A stretch of 63,155 nt of DNA, the filler included, from Octopus bimaculoides (lineage: Eukaryota), in assembly GCF_001194135.2 (NCBI RefSeq). It is 4 parts of 4 records of this genome, joined end to end, with 100 filler letters (N's around TTAATTAATTAA, not from the genome) between each part and the next. Parts side by side here need not be neighbours in the genome. Positions count along the whole stretch, not along the records: positions 1 to 13,206 come from NC_068983.1; 3 more parts are not named here. One strand, given 5' to 3'. Under the pieces are notes generated by a model, which worked only from the letters and a program-made list of their open reading frames with translations, was not told the DNA's origin and did not search any database. The position numbers and the translations under genes were made by a program. Of this stretch, positions 1 to 12,344 are shown piece by piece. Every line of letters starts with the position of its first letter. Position 1 is the first letter of the stretch.

Positions 1-1170
1 ATATAAAAGTTGCTAGAAACAACAGCCAAATCTCCCTTAAATCACACAAAGTAAATGGAATTTTAAAAATCTAATTACCGCACTGGAAAGTTCACATCAA
101 GAAAATTCCATTGATGTAAAAAATTTTACAAAAAAGTGGAAAATGTGGATTTCTATAAACTTTTAAAAAGGCTTCACACAGACACACAACTTCAGCTTTA
201 TATATTAAGATAATAAGACTAATTGAGAAATAAGCATAACTATACATCAGAAATAACACAATGAAGCCAATTCATAAAATCCGTCATTCTTTTTTTATAT
301 ATCATAGAACACTGTGCAAAAACAGTTAAGGAGATTTAATATGAGATTTACCAAAAGTTCTAAATTATCATAAGCTAACCGGAATATATTATAAGACTTA
401 ACATACATTTAATTAGGTAGATCAACTTACATGCAAAATGTAATTTTATACAAAGATTATAAAAGGTGAAAGAATAAGTTAAGTAAATAAAATAAAAGAG
501 CTAACTTTAAACCTAAGAATAAATATGCTATTGAAAGGATGTACTAATAATACATCACAGGGATAAATGCATGGTATAATATAATATAAGAAAAAAAATT
601 TGTTAAATAAAAATATTATTATCGATAAGGATTAAGATAAGAGATAAATAACAAACAGGTTTAAACCAAAGACTATTTTACATAATATATGTGGAATTAA
701 GAACAAATATCTGATAAATTAATAATATATACGAAATTAAGAACCTATTTCAGGTAAATAAATATGTTAAGTAATATTAATAATAATATTAATAAGAAAG
801 AGAGAAAGGTGACCCATAAATCCATGAATATAAATTAAATAGATAAATATATATATATATATTTACACACACACACACACACACACACACGCATGCACAC
901 ACAGACACACACCTGGTAAAGGTTAGATAAAATGGGTTGACTATAAATTTAGTTATGGGAAAAGGATAAATAAGTTAATAAAAGATATACATGAATATTA
1001 ATGTAAAGCCAAAATATGTAGCCATATACAAAGTAGGGGTTAAATAAAATGGGTTGATTATAAAGAGGAGCATAATGTAGTATAGGGGAAAAGGTTAAAT
1101 ATATAGTCAAATGGGTTAGACATGAATGCAAATGAAATAAGATAAGTAAATTAAATAAATTAATATTATA

Positions 1171-3443
1171 TCAGTATTTTGAGAATACAAATTTAGTCCT
1201 ATGTATACAAGAGACATGGCGTTCATCTCTAAGGTTAAGAATAGGGTATTTTGCAGTGAGAAAAAAGAATTTTTCATTTAGGCATAAGTGACATTTACTC
1301 TTATTTATTTAATAAGAGGGTGTTGAGGTTAGTATTTCCCATTTTAAATCATACTGTATATTCTTATCTTTTAACTCCCAAATAAATTTACTCAGACCAG
1401 TGGAACCAGATCTACATCTATTTCTGAAAGAATAGATATGAGAGGCCAAACATTTCTTAATTTCATTCTGTGTCAAATCTATATAACAACTCTTCATTCC
1501 CTGTGCTGTTACTGTACATTGATATACTACGCTTTTAAGCTTACATGCATTTCTAAGTAAGCAGTTACTTTTATTTCTACAATCACAGCTATTAGATATA
1601 TTATTGACTTTAGGGATATTAGGTAAATGGACAGTATTATGAGTAGATGTATTGTTCTGTAAACATGTGTTATTGGCATTGATATTAGCACTAGGATTAT
1701 CAATAGTGGGATTAATAGTATTACAGATATTTACATTTCTGCTAGAATCCCCTCTATTTATATAGAATATGTCCAATTTCTTATTATTTATAGCAGAAAT
1801 AATAGTAGCCAGATTATTGGTTAACTAAGTTTTAATATTGATAATTTTATAATATTTATTGTTATTGTTAAAATGCTTATCAATAATTGAAAGGATAGAT
1901 TTTACCAGATTACTTTTAATTTGCAATGCAAAAGGTAGTATCAACCATATATTATTATTATTATTATTATTAAATGATTCAACATTTCCGAGTAGAGCAG
2001 GGGTATTGTAGGTTGTTTTATATCTATCAAATCTATTTTTGTTTCTGCTATTATTTTTATTTTTATTTTTAACTTTATGGTTGTTCACATATTCATTTAT
2101 ATTTTTGTCACTAATATTATTTTAAATTTTATAGCTATTATATCTGTTTTTGATGTTTCCCTTACTATTGTTAGTATCATTTATATGGAGTAAATATTTT
2201 ATTTTATCCTCATAACCTGCATTAGCCATGGCTATATTATATTGGTCCTTACGTTTATTAAATATATCCTCATTAGATGAAAGGTAAAATAATCTACGGC
2301 TGATATTTTTAATTAAAGCATTTTCTACTGAGGTTGGGTGATTGCTTTGGGAGTGTATGTATTTAATGTTAGAATTAAGTTTTTTAAAAGGTTCATGGAG
2401 CCCTGTTACTAAATTAACATTTGCATCTAAGAAGTTTATAGAATTATACTCTCTTTTTATTGTGATGGTAAAGCCAAATCTCTTGAAGAATTTATATAGT
2501 TGTTTCTTAATTAGTTCCACGCGTCTATTGGAAAAGTTTTTATGATGAATAATGCATCATCTCTAATTAATCTTCCCCCAATATCAGGGAATTCATCATG
2601 TAGCATAGAAAGAAGATAAATTCCCACTAAGTCTGTTGAGCCAAGTCAGGGGACCCCATAGTTACATCAAAACTATCAGAGGTATCTTTTCTGGCCCATA
2701 GCTTATTATCAAATTCTGTAATTGATCTACATGCTATAAGTATTACATTTATTTCTTTCATTGTAATGTTTGTATATTTCCTTGCAAATAAGAGGGCGCT
2801 GTTTAATATAGTAGGGTTTATAGATGAATAGTAACTTTCGATATCAATTTGTAAAAGTCTATATTTGCATTTTTGTTGAATATTAGAAGACCAAGCTAAT
2901 ACATTCTGTGTATTTGACCATAATTCTAGGGCTATTTTATTTTTAAGTGTGGATATGTATTTATCTAAGATGATTTTACTAAGATTACCTAAATCTAATT
3001 TAGCTGGGCAAATAAGTCTAACCTTAGGATCAGTTAAGAAATTCTCTTTGTGGTCTTTAAGCATGATGCAGGAGCCTAACAGGTACAAAGGGCTCAGTTT
3101 TGTCTTGAATATTATAATCATACATAATTTTCCTAGCTTCTATGTTAATTAATCTAAGTGTATTTTTGCTTACAGCCTTATATTTTTTAATAATTTCTTT
3201 GTGTAGTAATTTGTGCTATGTTTCAGTGCTTAGGTTGTATGTATTTCATGTTTTATCTGAGTGTACAAAAATTCTATCCTTAGATCTGAGTTCATGTATA
3301 AGGTTCTTGAGTTTTTGTTGGTGTCCATTATTCCTAAGAGGGTGTTTTTTAAACTTCAGGCTTTTAATGGTATTCCATAAGTGCTTCTCAAACGTACCCA
3401 AATAACTATTCGGTAGAGGAGTTTTCTTTGTTTTAAATATCAT
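1171..3443 (-). mobile_element. Penelope-like retroelement (RT + C-terminal GIY-YIG endonuclease), near full-length ORF, decayed; probably Hydra clade
   Basis: Consecutive minus ORFs: N-term FEKHLW..SDKT; RT fingers LKDHKENF..PKVRLICP, IDIESYYSS, FDVTMGS; IRDD catalytic motif (~2556-2564); NFLD and YIHSQSNHP thumb; CDCRNKSNCLLRNAC linker; VVYQC..CYIDLT GIY-YIG; read-through of the stop at 1309 gives CHLCLNEK..LNLRDE..CIH ending at TGA 1171. Several stops and frameshifts. Confidence 0.92.
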
Positions 3444-3525
3444 TGAAAGAGTTTCACTATTTGAGTTATTTTCAGAGTCTCGTATTTCCTGTTTTTTGTC
3501 AAAATAAAAAGTCTTCCATCTTTCA

Positions 3526-3569
<44 letters not shown>

Positions 3570-3669
3570 GTGTGTGTGTGTGTGCGTGTGTGTATTTTAT
3601 GAAGTTAATTGTTATGGGCGGATATAGAGTGATCATTGGTTTCAAACCTATAAAGCTCTTAGCAGTATA

Positions 3670-4740
3670 TTATGTCCGACATCAACACAGCCTCCTGCCA
3701 CCCATCTAACATATTCAAGAACCTAGAGAAGGGTGACAAGAAGATCTCAAACCTGTCCTCAAATCAAAAGATTTTTGATGCTCTGGCCCTTTATTACAAC
3801 AAGATTCTGGCATTCAGTGGGGTTTAGGGACCGCATCTCCTATATGCCAGGCCTTGGCACCTGCAAAAGGAAACACTACCATAATGTTGTTTGGTTTGCC
3901 CCACCCTTCTCTGTCAATGTTAAAACTTGCATGAGAAGAATTTTCCTTAAATTGGTGGGCAAACACTTCACACAGTTACACAGATATGGATGTTTGTTTA
4001 ATAGGCACAACTTAAGAAAATTTTAGGGAGCATCCCTAAGCCATGGGTAGAGGCAGGATGCTCATGTAAGGTATACAATGACTGCCCAGTGGGAGAAACT
4101 TGATGCAAAGCTGAAGAGGTTGTGTATGAGGCCGAGATGGTAGCTGACACTGGCAGCCAGAGTAACAGCCTGAGTAGCAATGATACATCTGCCAACAATA
4201 GCAGCAATGACAACAATAGCAGTAGTGATTGTGGTGGCAGCAGCAGCACATCAAGCAACAGAGACAACAATACCAACAGTTACAATGACAGCAGTAACAC
4301 CAACATTGCAGCTGGTAATGGCTGTTATGCCAGCAACAATGGAACCACCAGAATCCCATCTAGGAATGTCATCACTAATAGCAACAACAACAAAGATAGA
4401 CTCGGAGTAAACAAAAGTAACATTAGCAGTGGTAGCACATCCATGGTTCAACCAGGCTCCCATTTAAGCAGTGTCTGAACAACCACAAATCCTCTTTTAA
4501 GATACCAGAAAGGTGCAACATCATGTCACTGGCCAGCTATGTATGGTGCTTAAAAGAGGAAGGAACCCCATACATAATTAAATGGAAGCTCCTTGAACAA
4601 CTGGGGACTTATATAAAGGGGAGAAAATGATGTAAGATTTGCTTGGCAGAGAAAGAATCCTAAAAAACTTGTTCAACCAGAGGACCTTTTTAAACTCCAA
4701 GAAAGAAGTATTTAGTCAATCAAAAACGTTTCCTACTACA
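3670..4740 (+). mobile_element. Second Penelope-like element fragment (thumb, linker, GIY-YIG), 5'-truncated, different subfamily
   Basis: Manual translation: INTASCHPSNIFKNL..ISNLSSNQKIFD; VVWFAPPFSVNVKT..FLKLVGKHF; CSCKVYNDCPV..C..VVYEAE; PFKQCLNNHKSSF..LASYVWCLK..IKWKLL..CKICLAEK. Confidence 0.88.
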
Positions 4741-5168
4741 AACTTGAAATTCCCCATTCATTGAATAGCCCCCTCCCCCCACAGCTTCTTCAAATATTAC
4801 CATGGCCAGGGCCAGTGTAAGGGAAATAGCCCCATCCCACTTGCATCACCTCGCACACAGACAAATACATTTTGCTTACAAAACAAACTGACCATTACGT
4901 ATTTCTTCCTCCAGCTGTAGAGAGGTCATGTGCCTTCAACTATTTGAGCCTGACAAGTGAAGCACTTTATAGGTGTGAAACCAATGTTCACTCAATGATC
5001 AGCCATAACAATTAACTTCCTAAAAAATATATTACTGCTCTAATGTTTTAGTGTGCTTCTTTTTTGCAGATACATGAACTACTGAAGGAAGACCCATACT
5101 CCACAGCAGAAGTGTTAAGATCAGTCCCCATGGTGGTGAGGAGTGACCTGCAAAATTCCTGAGCTGTC

Positions 5169-5417
5169 GCCGCATAAAAAGCACTCATGAGGGTATCATA
5201 TAAAAGCATTTGTGCAGCACCACATAAAAGCATCTGTGTGGTACCATGTAAAAGCACCCAGCACACTCTGTAAAGTGGTTGGCATTAGGAAGGGCATCCA
5301 GCTATAGAAACCATGCCAAATCAGACTGGAATCTGGTGCAGCTCCCTAGCTTGCCAATCTGGTCAAACCATCCAAACCATACCAGCATGGACAACAGACA
5401 TTAAATGATGATGACGA
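5169..5417 (+). mobile_element. Older RTE 3' UTR-derived repeat with short CATAAAAGCA tandem units
   Basis: Four diverged ~25-bp units, then GGCATTAGGAAGGGCATCCAGC..CATTAAATGATG. Confidence 0.8.
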
Positions 5418-5615
5418 TATGCACATATACATAGAAAGAGGAGTGTGTGAAGGAAAGAGAAAGACAGACAGAGCTTGTAGGCAGTGTGATGCAAAAGGTG
5501 TTTTTTACTTTTTCGATGGTAGTTTTGAAGTTGTGGTGGTGGTAGTTAAAAGTTTCCTGGATAGTAATAGTATTGTAGTATTTGCCTGAATATATACACT
5601 GTGATATTGATTTAC

Positions 5616-5732
5616 CTTCATGTGCAAAGAATCAAAGACTTTCTTCAAAATTGTCATTGTATCTAAAGATCCAATGAGTCCAACAAAATCCAAAGATTCA
5701 GATGTTTCCTGTGTTGATGGTTTACTCAAATC
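5616..5732 (-). CDS. Candidate exon (phase 0-0): DLSKPSTQETSESLDFVGLIGSLDTMTILKKVFDSLHMK
   Basis: Acceptor tctatttctttggcAG, donor AAG|GTAAAT, 117 nt open. Confidence 0.58.
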
Positions 5733-6039
5733 CTGCCAAAGAAATAGAGTGTATAACACTGAAGTGTCTGAGACAGCTCAAGTTAAGGAGAGTTTGACAA
5801 GAAAAATAGAAACAAATAATCTTTATTTTGGTGTGCTATAAAGTAGAGGTAAGTACTTCATGTGGTGAGTCTAAATTGTACTCTTAGAAAAGTTATAAAT
5901 GCCAAACATTTAATTCTCATCTCACTTGACATCAATGCTGTAATCATCCATTTATACATACACTTGATTAGATTAAAGAGAAACGACTTTGTAGATATGG
6001 AGTTGAGCAAGCAGGTCAATGTCTTTTGTTCATACTCAC

Positions 6040-6125
6040 TCCAGACTGTCTATTGTGTCTTAATTCTATGTATCTCAATTTACTCAGATCATCAAAGAAT
6101 GTTAAAATGTTACCTAGATAGTCCA
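6040..6125 (-). CDS. Candidate exon (phase 1-0): (V)DYLGNILTFFDDLSKLRYIELRHNRQSG
   Basis: Acceptor tttctcttttgttaagacAG, donor GGA|GTGAGT, open frame, phase-compatible with both neighbours. Confidence 0.58.
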
Positions 6126-6549
6126 CTGTCTTAACAAAAGAGAAACCAACTCTTCATTTGCCTAACACTATAGAACCAGGTCTAAAAATAGACCTTTAAA
6201 ATCCTTTCAATATTCAGGAGGAAATTTACTGCATTTTACTTACAATAGATTAGGTGTGGTCAAGCAGAATATTGAGACACTTAACAGTTTGAACATATGG
6301 ATTTCCTCAAGGTGTAAGGGAGTGAGAGCCTAATGAAAACATTGTATGTATATCAGTGGAGAGTAAGAGAATGAAAGTAAGATAGAACTTGAAAGAGAGA
6401 ATCAGGGCTTAAAAAGAAAAAGTGTTCTTCACATGGATAGCTTGTATTTATGTGATGAGGATAATATATATAGTTTCTTTCAGTTTTTGTTGTAATAATG
6501 TCACATTCAAAATATTATAAACAAACATATGGAAAATTGTGTACATACT

Positions 6550-7500
6550 AATTACTTGTAGGGACACCATATTTTCTAATACAACCATAGTATACTACAA
6601 GGTATATTAAACGTTTTTTATAAGTCGATATTGTGTTCTACTGTGTTAGCAGTGTTATTACATCACTTCTTAAGATTATTTCTACAGATTTCCTATAGAA
6701 ATTATAGCTAGCAGTGATTTGTAACCACATTCCAAAGATGTCTAATGTAAACAACAATGCAATTAAAGATGGAAAACTAGGTAATGGGTGTATATGCCAT
6801 ATTTCAGAAGTTATTGCATCTTCTTCAGCACCACATCCAACCCATTAACCATCCACGAACACATTGCTTAAATAGCCACTAAATATCATGGTGAAACAGG
6901 ATTGGATGTACCAATTTTATATATTAAGTACATTTCTGGCATCTAGTACATACATATCAATTACTTGTTGGGATACCATATTCTGTTATGCAACCATAAT
7001 ATACTATAAGGTATATTAAATGTCTTTTTATAAGTCAATACTGTGTCCTACTGTGTTAGTCATGCCATTAAATCACAAGTTGAGATTATCTTTACAGACT
7101 TTCTGTAGAAATTATAACCAGTACGATGTTTTATATCTGAATAAATCTTCAGTAAACAACAACGCAATCGAAGATGGAAAAATAGGTAATGGGTTTATAT
7201 GCATAATTAATATGCATGTACCAGCTGCCAGGAATGTGTTTAATATGTAAAATTGGTATATCCAATAATGTTACACTGCTACATTTAATGGCTATTTAAG
7301 TGATGTGCTCATGGATGGTTAATGAGTTGGATGTGGTGCTGAAGAAGGAGCAAGAACTCCTGAAATATGCATATATGCCCATTACCTATTTTTCCATCTT
7401 CGATTACATTGTTGTTTACATTAGACATATTCAGATACAAAGCATTGTAACATATCAGTACTGGCTATAATTCCTATGGAAAATCTGTGGAGATAACCTG
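6550..7500. repeat. Complex direct + inverted duplication (A-B-A-invB-invA)
   Basis: 6550-6796 repeated at 6959-7200; 6672-6957 inverted at 7210-7500. Confidence 0.88.
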
Positions 7501-8988
7501 TAATTATGTATACATATTGTGTTGGAGTAACACACTTAATGAACATTAAAAAGCTAATTAGAAATAAATATGCAGTGAAAAAAGACAACATTAACTCAAC
7601 GACTAAAATTATTTAATTAGCCTTACATATATGAGAGACAGCTCTAGACATCTTTTGTTCTTATTAGATTGCTTCAACAAAGCACAGACTTCCTCATATA
7701 ATTAGTTTCAATTTTTTTCTATAAAATATGCTCATTTTCTATATCATCTCCTATACAACACTGTACATCTATTTATTAATTATCAGCTTAACAAGTCTGT
7801 GCTTTGCTGAGAAGGTTTCATAAAACTGAAATAAGGCCAGAGTTGTCTGCCATATTTATCAGAATAATTTTAATTATATCAGTCATTAACTAAAACTGTC
7901 TTTCCTCAATGCATAATTATTTCAGGTTAGCTTTTGAATGCATTAAATACGTTAACACTACTTTAACAGGTGGTGGCATAATTTCTCTGAATGATTTATT
8001 CTCTAGGAGATACAATTTGCAGTTATTCAGGTAAAGATTAAAAATGAAGACTCATCCCACTACCAAAAAAACATATTTCCAAAATAATGAAGCTAATCAA
8101 TACAGTTGTTGCTTATTCCTTGCTTTAATTGGATTGAATAAATTTTTCTCTGGATGATGTTACATCAACTTATCATTATCATACATGAGAAACTCTGCAA
8201 ATTTGGTGGCTACTCCAACAACAAGGTGTCAAGTTGTGTGTAGAAATATCATGCCCTACCAAATACACAACATAGCATACAGAGCAAGTGAACTCATCTA
8301 TCTATAATATTGTTTACTAAATTTATAACAAAACATTGCTGAGATACAGTAGATCGCTCCATACCGCAAGGTTTTACTTGATAAGAGCAAGCAGACCTTG
8401 TATTTATTTAGATATAAGTTTGTTCTTTGGCCCTATGTGAGCCCTAAGACCATCCTTTCTTTTTTGTCAAATCTAATGTAAACAGAATAACACTATCCAA
8501 TATGTTCACCCAGTTTTAAAACAGGAGGATTTAATTCAAAATTTGGCAGATTGAGCAACATTATAGTGTCTACCTTACAGTCTTGTTAGTGGATGTGTGT
8601 AAATGAATGGAGCATGTATCAATTGTTGATGCTTGTATTGCTGAAGTCACATACATGTTAAACTCCAGAAATAACAAAATAAAGTACCAACCGGATCTTT
8701 GGTGCTTTCCTTTTTCATTTGAGCCTTCTTTACTTGAGATGCATGGGCTTTATTGACAATATTGGTAATTGACACTGTCAAAAGAAAATGCAAAAATCAT
8801 CATCATTGTTATCAACACCACCACCAGTCATCATCATCATCATCATTGCTGTCATCATTGTCATTAACACCATCACTACCACTACTGTCATCATTGTCCA
8901 CTCATTGTCATCATCATTATCCACTCATTGTCAACATCTTTATTCAGTCAGGAACACAATAAATCAAGATTTAAAACAACATTCTCAC

Positions 8989-9100
8989 CTTTCTTAGGTA
9001 TACTTTCTTGCAGAAAACTGAGAATATCATCTACATCTTCTTCAACGGCATCAATTTTTACTTTAATCCTTTCAAATTGGTCATCCAAATTAGGTAAGGA
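8989..9100 (-). CDS. Candidate exon: SLPNLDDQFERIKVKIDAVEEDVDDILSFLQESIPKK
   Basis: Helical, acidic protein-like frame; donor AAAG|GTGAGA in phase 1, matching the next exon; the pyrimidine tract ends in TG rather than AG (alternative AG gives start 9068). Confidence 0.55.
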
Positions 9101-10893
9101 CAGTTAAAGAAATAAAAAACAGAATTCACAACAATATTTTGTCAATGAAGTAGTTAAAGAGTGCTGATGAGTAGGTGTCTTACAGTTTCCTTATAATTAC
9201 ATAGTGTTATTATCGTTACACTATGTTCATAATCAACAAAATAAGTAATATATGTATATATCAGAGTCAGTTTAATCAATTATATTTTAAGTTAATATTA
9301 ACATAGTTAAAGCAAGGAACATTAAAAAGATAATTACAAATAATCATGTGATGGGGTAAAAAAAAATAGCAGTTAATGAATAATATTTCTTTGATTACTT
9401 TGAGAAGAGTTGACAACTCTAGACATGTTTCAGTAATATTGCAATCTCATCTAAAGAATAAATCACTAAGGGATTTATATTTTAAACAATGTAAAGTTGA
9501 ATTGGGGTTTATTTAACGCAGGGAAAATTAGAAAGCTATAAGTATTCCACTGAAACATACAAAAGGAAATTGCTCTCAGCATTATTAGTAACAAAGGGGT
9601 TTTTCCTTTGCACAAAAAGCACATTATATGAAGTATGTAGTTTGAAATTGATTGAACTGAGAGACCTCCATAAACCAAAACCCACAGACAGAAGGAGATT
9701 CTGATAAGGAAATTCATTTTAGAAACAAAATTCAAGTAAAAAGCTTATGGGTTTTATTGATTCAAAATCAAATGCTTTTTACTGAATTTGCATTCAAATT
9801 TAATTTAACTTTTATAAATATGGTTTTCAGTTTTGATCCACAATATTTTTGCTTATGAAAGCCAAAATTTTTATCAGTTTCCAACCCCAAATTAGTAAAC
9901 ACAACAGCCAGATTTATAGGGGAGCAAAAAGGCCACTTCCTCAGGACCCCTTGCCAGATGGAGTATATTTATCTCATACACTCAAACATCTACATTTCTG
10001 TGTCTGTGCAAATATTTATATCCATGTTTCTCTGCATATGAATGTATATGTGTGCCTGTATCTTTTATCCTTTAAATATTTTAGTCATTAAACTGCAGTC
10101 ACACCTGCACCTGTGTGTGTGTGCGCATGTGCATCTGTGTTAGTGTGGTGTATTTTGTGTGTACAGTTAGGTGTACAACTGTTACTGTTGATTTTAGAGC
10201 TCTACATATATTTCATCATCCAGTCTGCTTCCATTATAGTGCTTATATTATTACTATATACAGAAGGCAAAAGTTTATATCATAATGTGTATGTATGCAT
10301 GTGTGTATGTGTATGTATATATATTTACATTTTTAGCTAAGGGTGTTATATTGCAAGGACAACCACACACACACACACAAACACTAGAGCTCTCCCGTTC
10401 TTCCTCTTGCTTGTTCTCTTCTCTTATTCTCTCCTTCTCACTGTGACTTAAACTATTTCTCAGCTTCTGGTTCTACTATATCCCTCCAGCTGCTTTTTTA
10501 TTCAAAGCCTGCAATGTAAATAACTGTTGTAAAATCATCATCATATCTAATTCTTTTTCTCTCAAAACTCTTATTTCTTTTACTTCTCTTTTATAAAGGT
10601 TATAACCTGAAACATTAGTTCCTCTTCTATACCTTTCAGTTACCATATTTATTTTTATTGTACACATTGTTTGATTAGTATTGATTTTGATTTGTTTCAT
10701 ATATCTATACCTCTTCTACCATAAAGTTTACTCATCAAACTTCATATTTGCTTCTCTCCTCCTTAAAACGCAATCATTTTTGTTTTATTTATTTTTTCAT
10801 GTTTATATCTTTATACCTTACTGAATGGATCATTGCTACTTTGTGGATTGACCATAACAACAACTATCATAGTGTCTCTGTTCATATCATATC

Positions 10894-10924
<31 letters not shown>

Positions 10925-11919
10925 TGTATGTATGTATGCATGCATGTATGTATGTATGTCAGCATCCCACCACATTACAGCTGCCTCAGGTTATGGGATT
11001 TCATACTTAAAGTAAATTGTAGAGTATGACCACAAATTGAAGGATATGATCTGTAATTTTGCCCTTACAGAAGCTCAGATAAATTTGACAAATTAAAAAC
11101 TAAACTTTCTTCTGAGCCAAAGACCTCTTCTCAGAGTTTTAGCTAACATCAAAGTATAGTTAACAATTAGAATAACTATATAATAAAATATTGTATGTCC
11201 ACATATCTATCATGATTGATACATATTTGTGCATAGAATAATATTTGATTTTGGTAAAGTCAAGTATCAAATACTCTGAGTTTCAGCTGTCGTTGCTTAA
11301 GATCTTAAGTTATGACTTTCCTAGAGTCATAACTCTAGGCAAATCTCTTTCATGGTATTAAGGATTCTTTATTTCCAACAGTCCACACTAAACAAATACA
11401 TGTATATTTATGTATGTTTGTGTTTTTGTATAATACCTTGGGTCACAGTGGGTATATATGCATGTAAGTACATGCATATGTGTGGTATGTAAGTGTGCAT
11501 ACGTGTGTATGTGTGTAGGTATGTGAATCAATCTTCACTACCACCATTATCTACCACCAACACCAGAACCAATACAGCTAGTGCCATAAACAACCCAACA
11601 ACTGCAACAAGATAAACAACTCCATCTAAAATGAAATACAATGATGAGTTAATGTGTTACCCTAGATCTAAACTAAATAAGTATTAACTCCAGACTAAAC
11701 AGCAACAATAATACAATTAACAAGAACAATACTTGCCCCAAACACCCACCCTCTACCTATTATCACTATCACCAAAGCAATCACTGCCACCACCACACTA
11801 CTATCTACCTACCAACTTTTGAATAACCAACTATAGTTGGTTATTCAATAATAGTACCAACATGATGGAAATGTCATTAAAAAAATAAGTTGTATGAAAA
11901 CACGATGGTGTTAGTGCAT

Positions 11920-11967
11920 GTGAGAGAGAGAGTGAGAGAGTGTGTGAGAGAGTGAAAGAGAGAGAGA

Positions 11968-12036
<69 letters not shown>
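11920..12036. repeat. (GA)n microsatellite; other dinucleotide tracts include (GT)n 3528-3594 and 13988-14052, (TA)n 21752-21806, (CT)n 30481-30543, (GA)n 63095-63155
   Basis: Direct reading. Confidence 0.97.
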
Positions 12037-12037
<1 letters not shown>

Positions 12038-12065
12038 CAAACTTTTATGGCTTAAGTCATGGCTC

Positions 12066-12155
12066 TAAGAGGAAAAATGCTCATGAAACTGGTAACCCTT
12101 CAACTAACTACAGTTAGTTGGAAGGTTACCAGTTTCATGAGCATTTTGCCTCTTA
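12066..12155. repeat. 90-bp near-perfect palindrome, TA-terminated
   Basis: 44-bp arms, 3 mismatches, 2-nt centre. Confidence 0.95.
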
Positions 12156-12344
12156 TATAATGCTTCCTCACACCTCACTCCTCCGCATTTTCATTTTCAT
12201 TCTTACAACCATATATGTATAAGACAAGTTTTTGCTCTCACAAAATGGTTTTTTCCTGGTGCCACATTATTTCATTATGTATGTTATATATAATTACTGA
12301 TAGCTGTCACTATTGGATTTAGCTACAACTCAAGATGCCTGGGA

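Noticed and set aside
700-760. CTGATAA...CGAAA hammerhead-like spacing near the Penelope 3' flank (also weak cases at ~55870 and ~57060)
   Set aside because: No stem II pairing and/or first core strand not recoverable.
5070-5140. Plus-strand acceptor and IHELLKEDPYSTAEV, faintly like galactokinase GALK2
   Set aside because: Short, weak donor, no other recognisable GALK exons in the window.
5169-5262. Short repeats with variable spacers, CRISPR-like at first glance
   Set aside because: Diverged minisatellite inside an RTE 3' UTR in a eukaryotic genome; spacers too short and no cas genes.
6244-6329. Minus segment with AG and GTAAGT (ALTPLHLEE...)
   Set aside because: Its only open frame ends in phase 2 and gives stops with every downstream acceptor.
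9014-9093. Plus-strand exon-like segment with canonical splice sites
   Set aside because: The peptide looks like the antisense of coding sequence; the minus frame is more protein-like and phase-linked to other exons.
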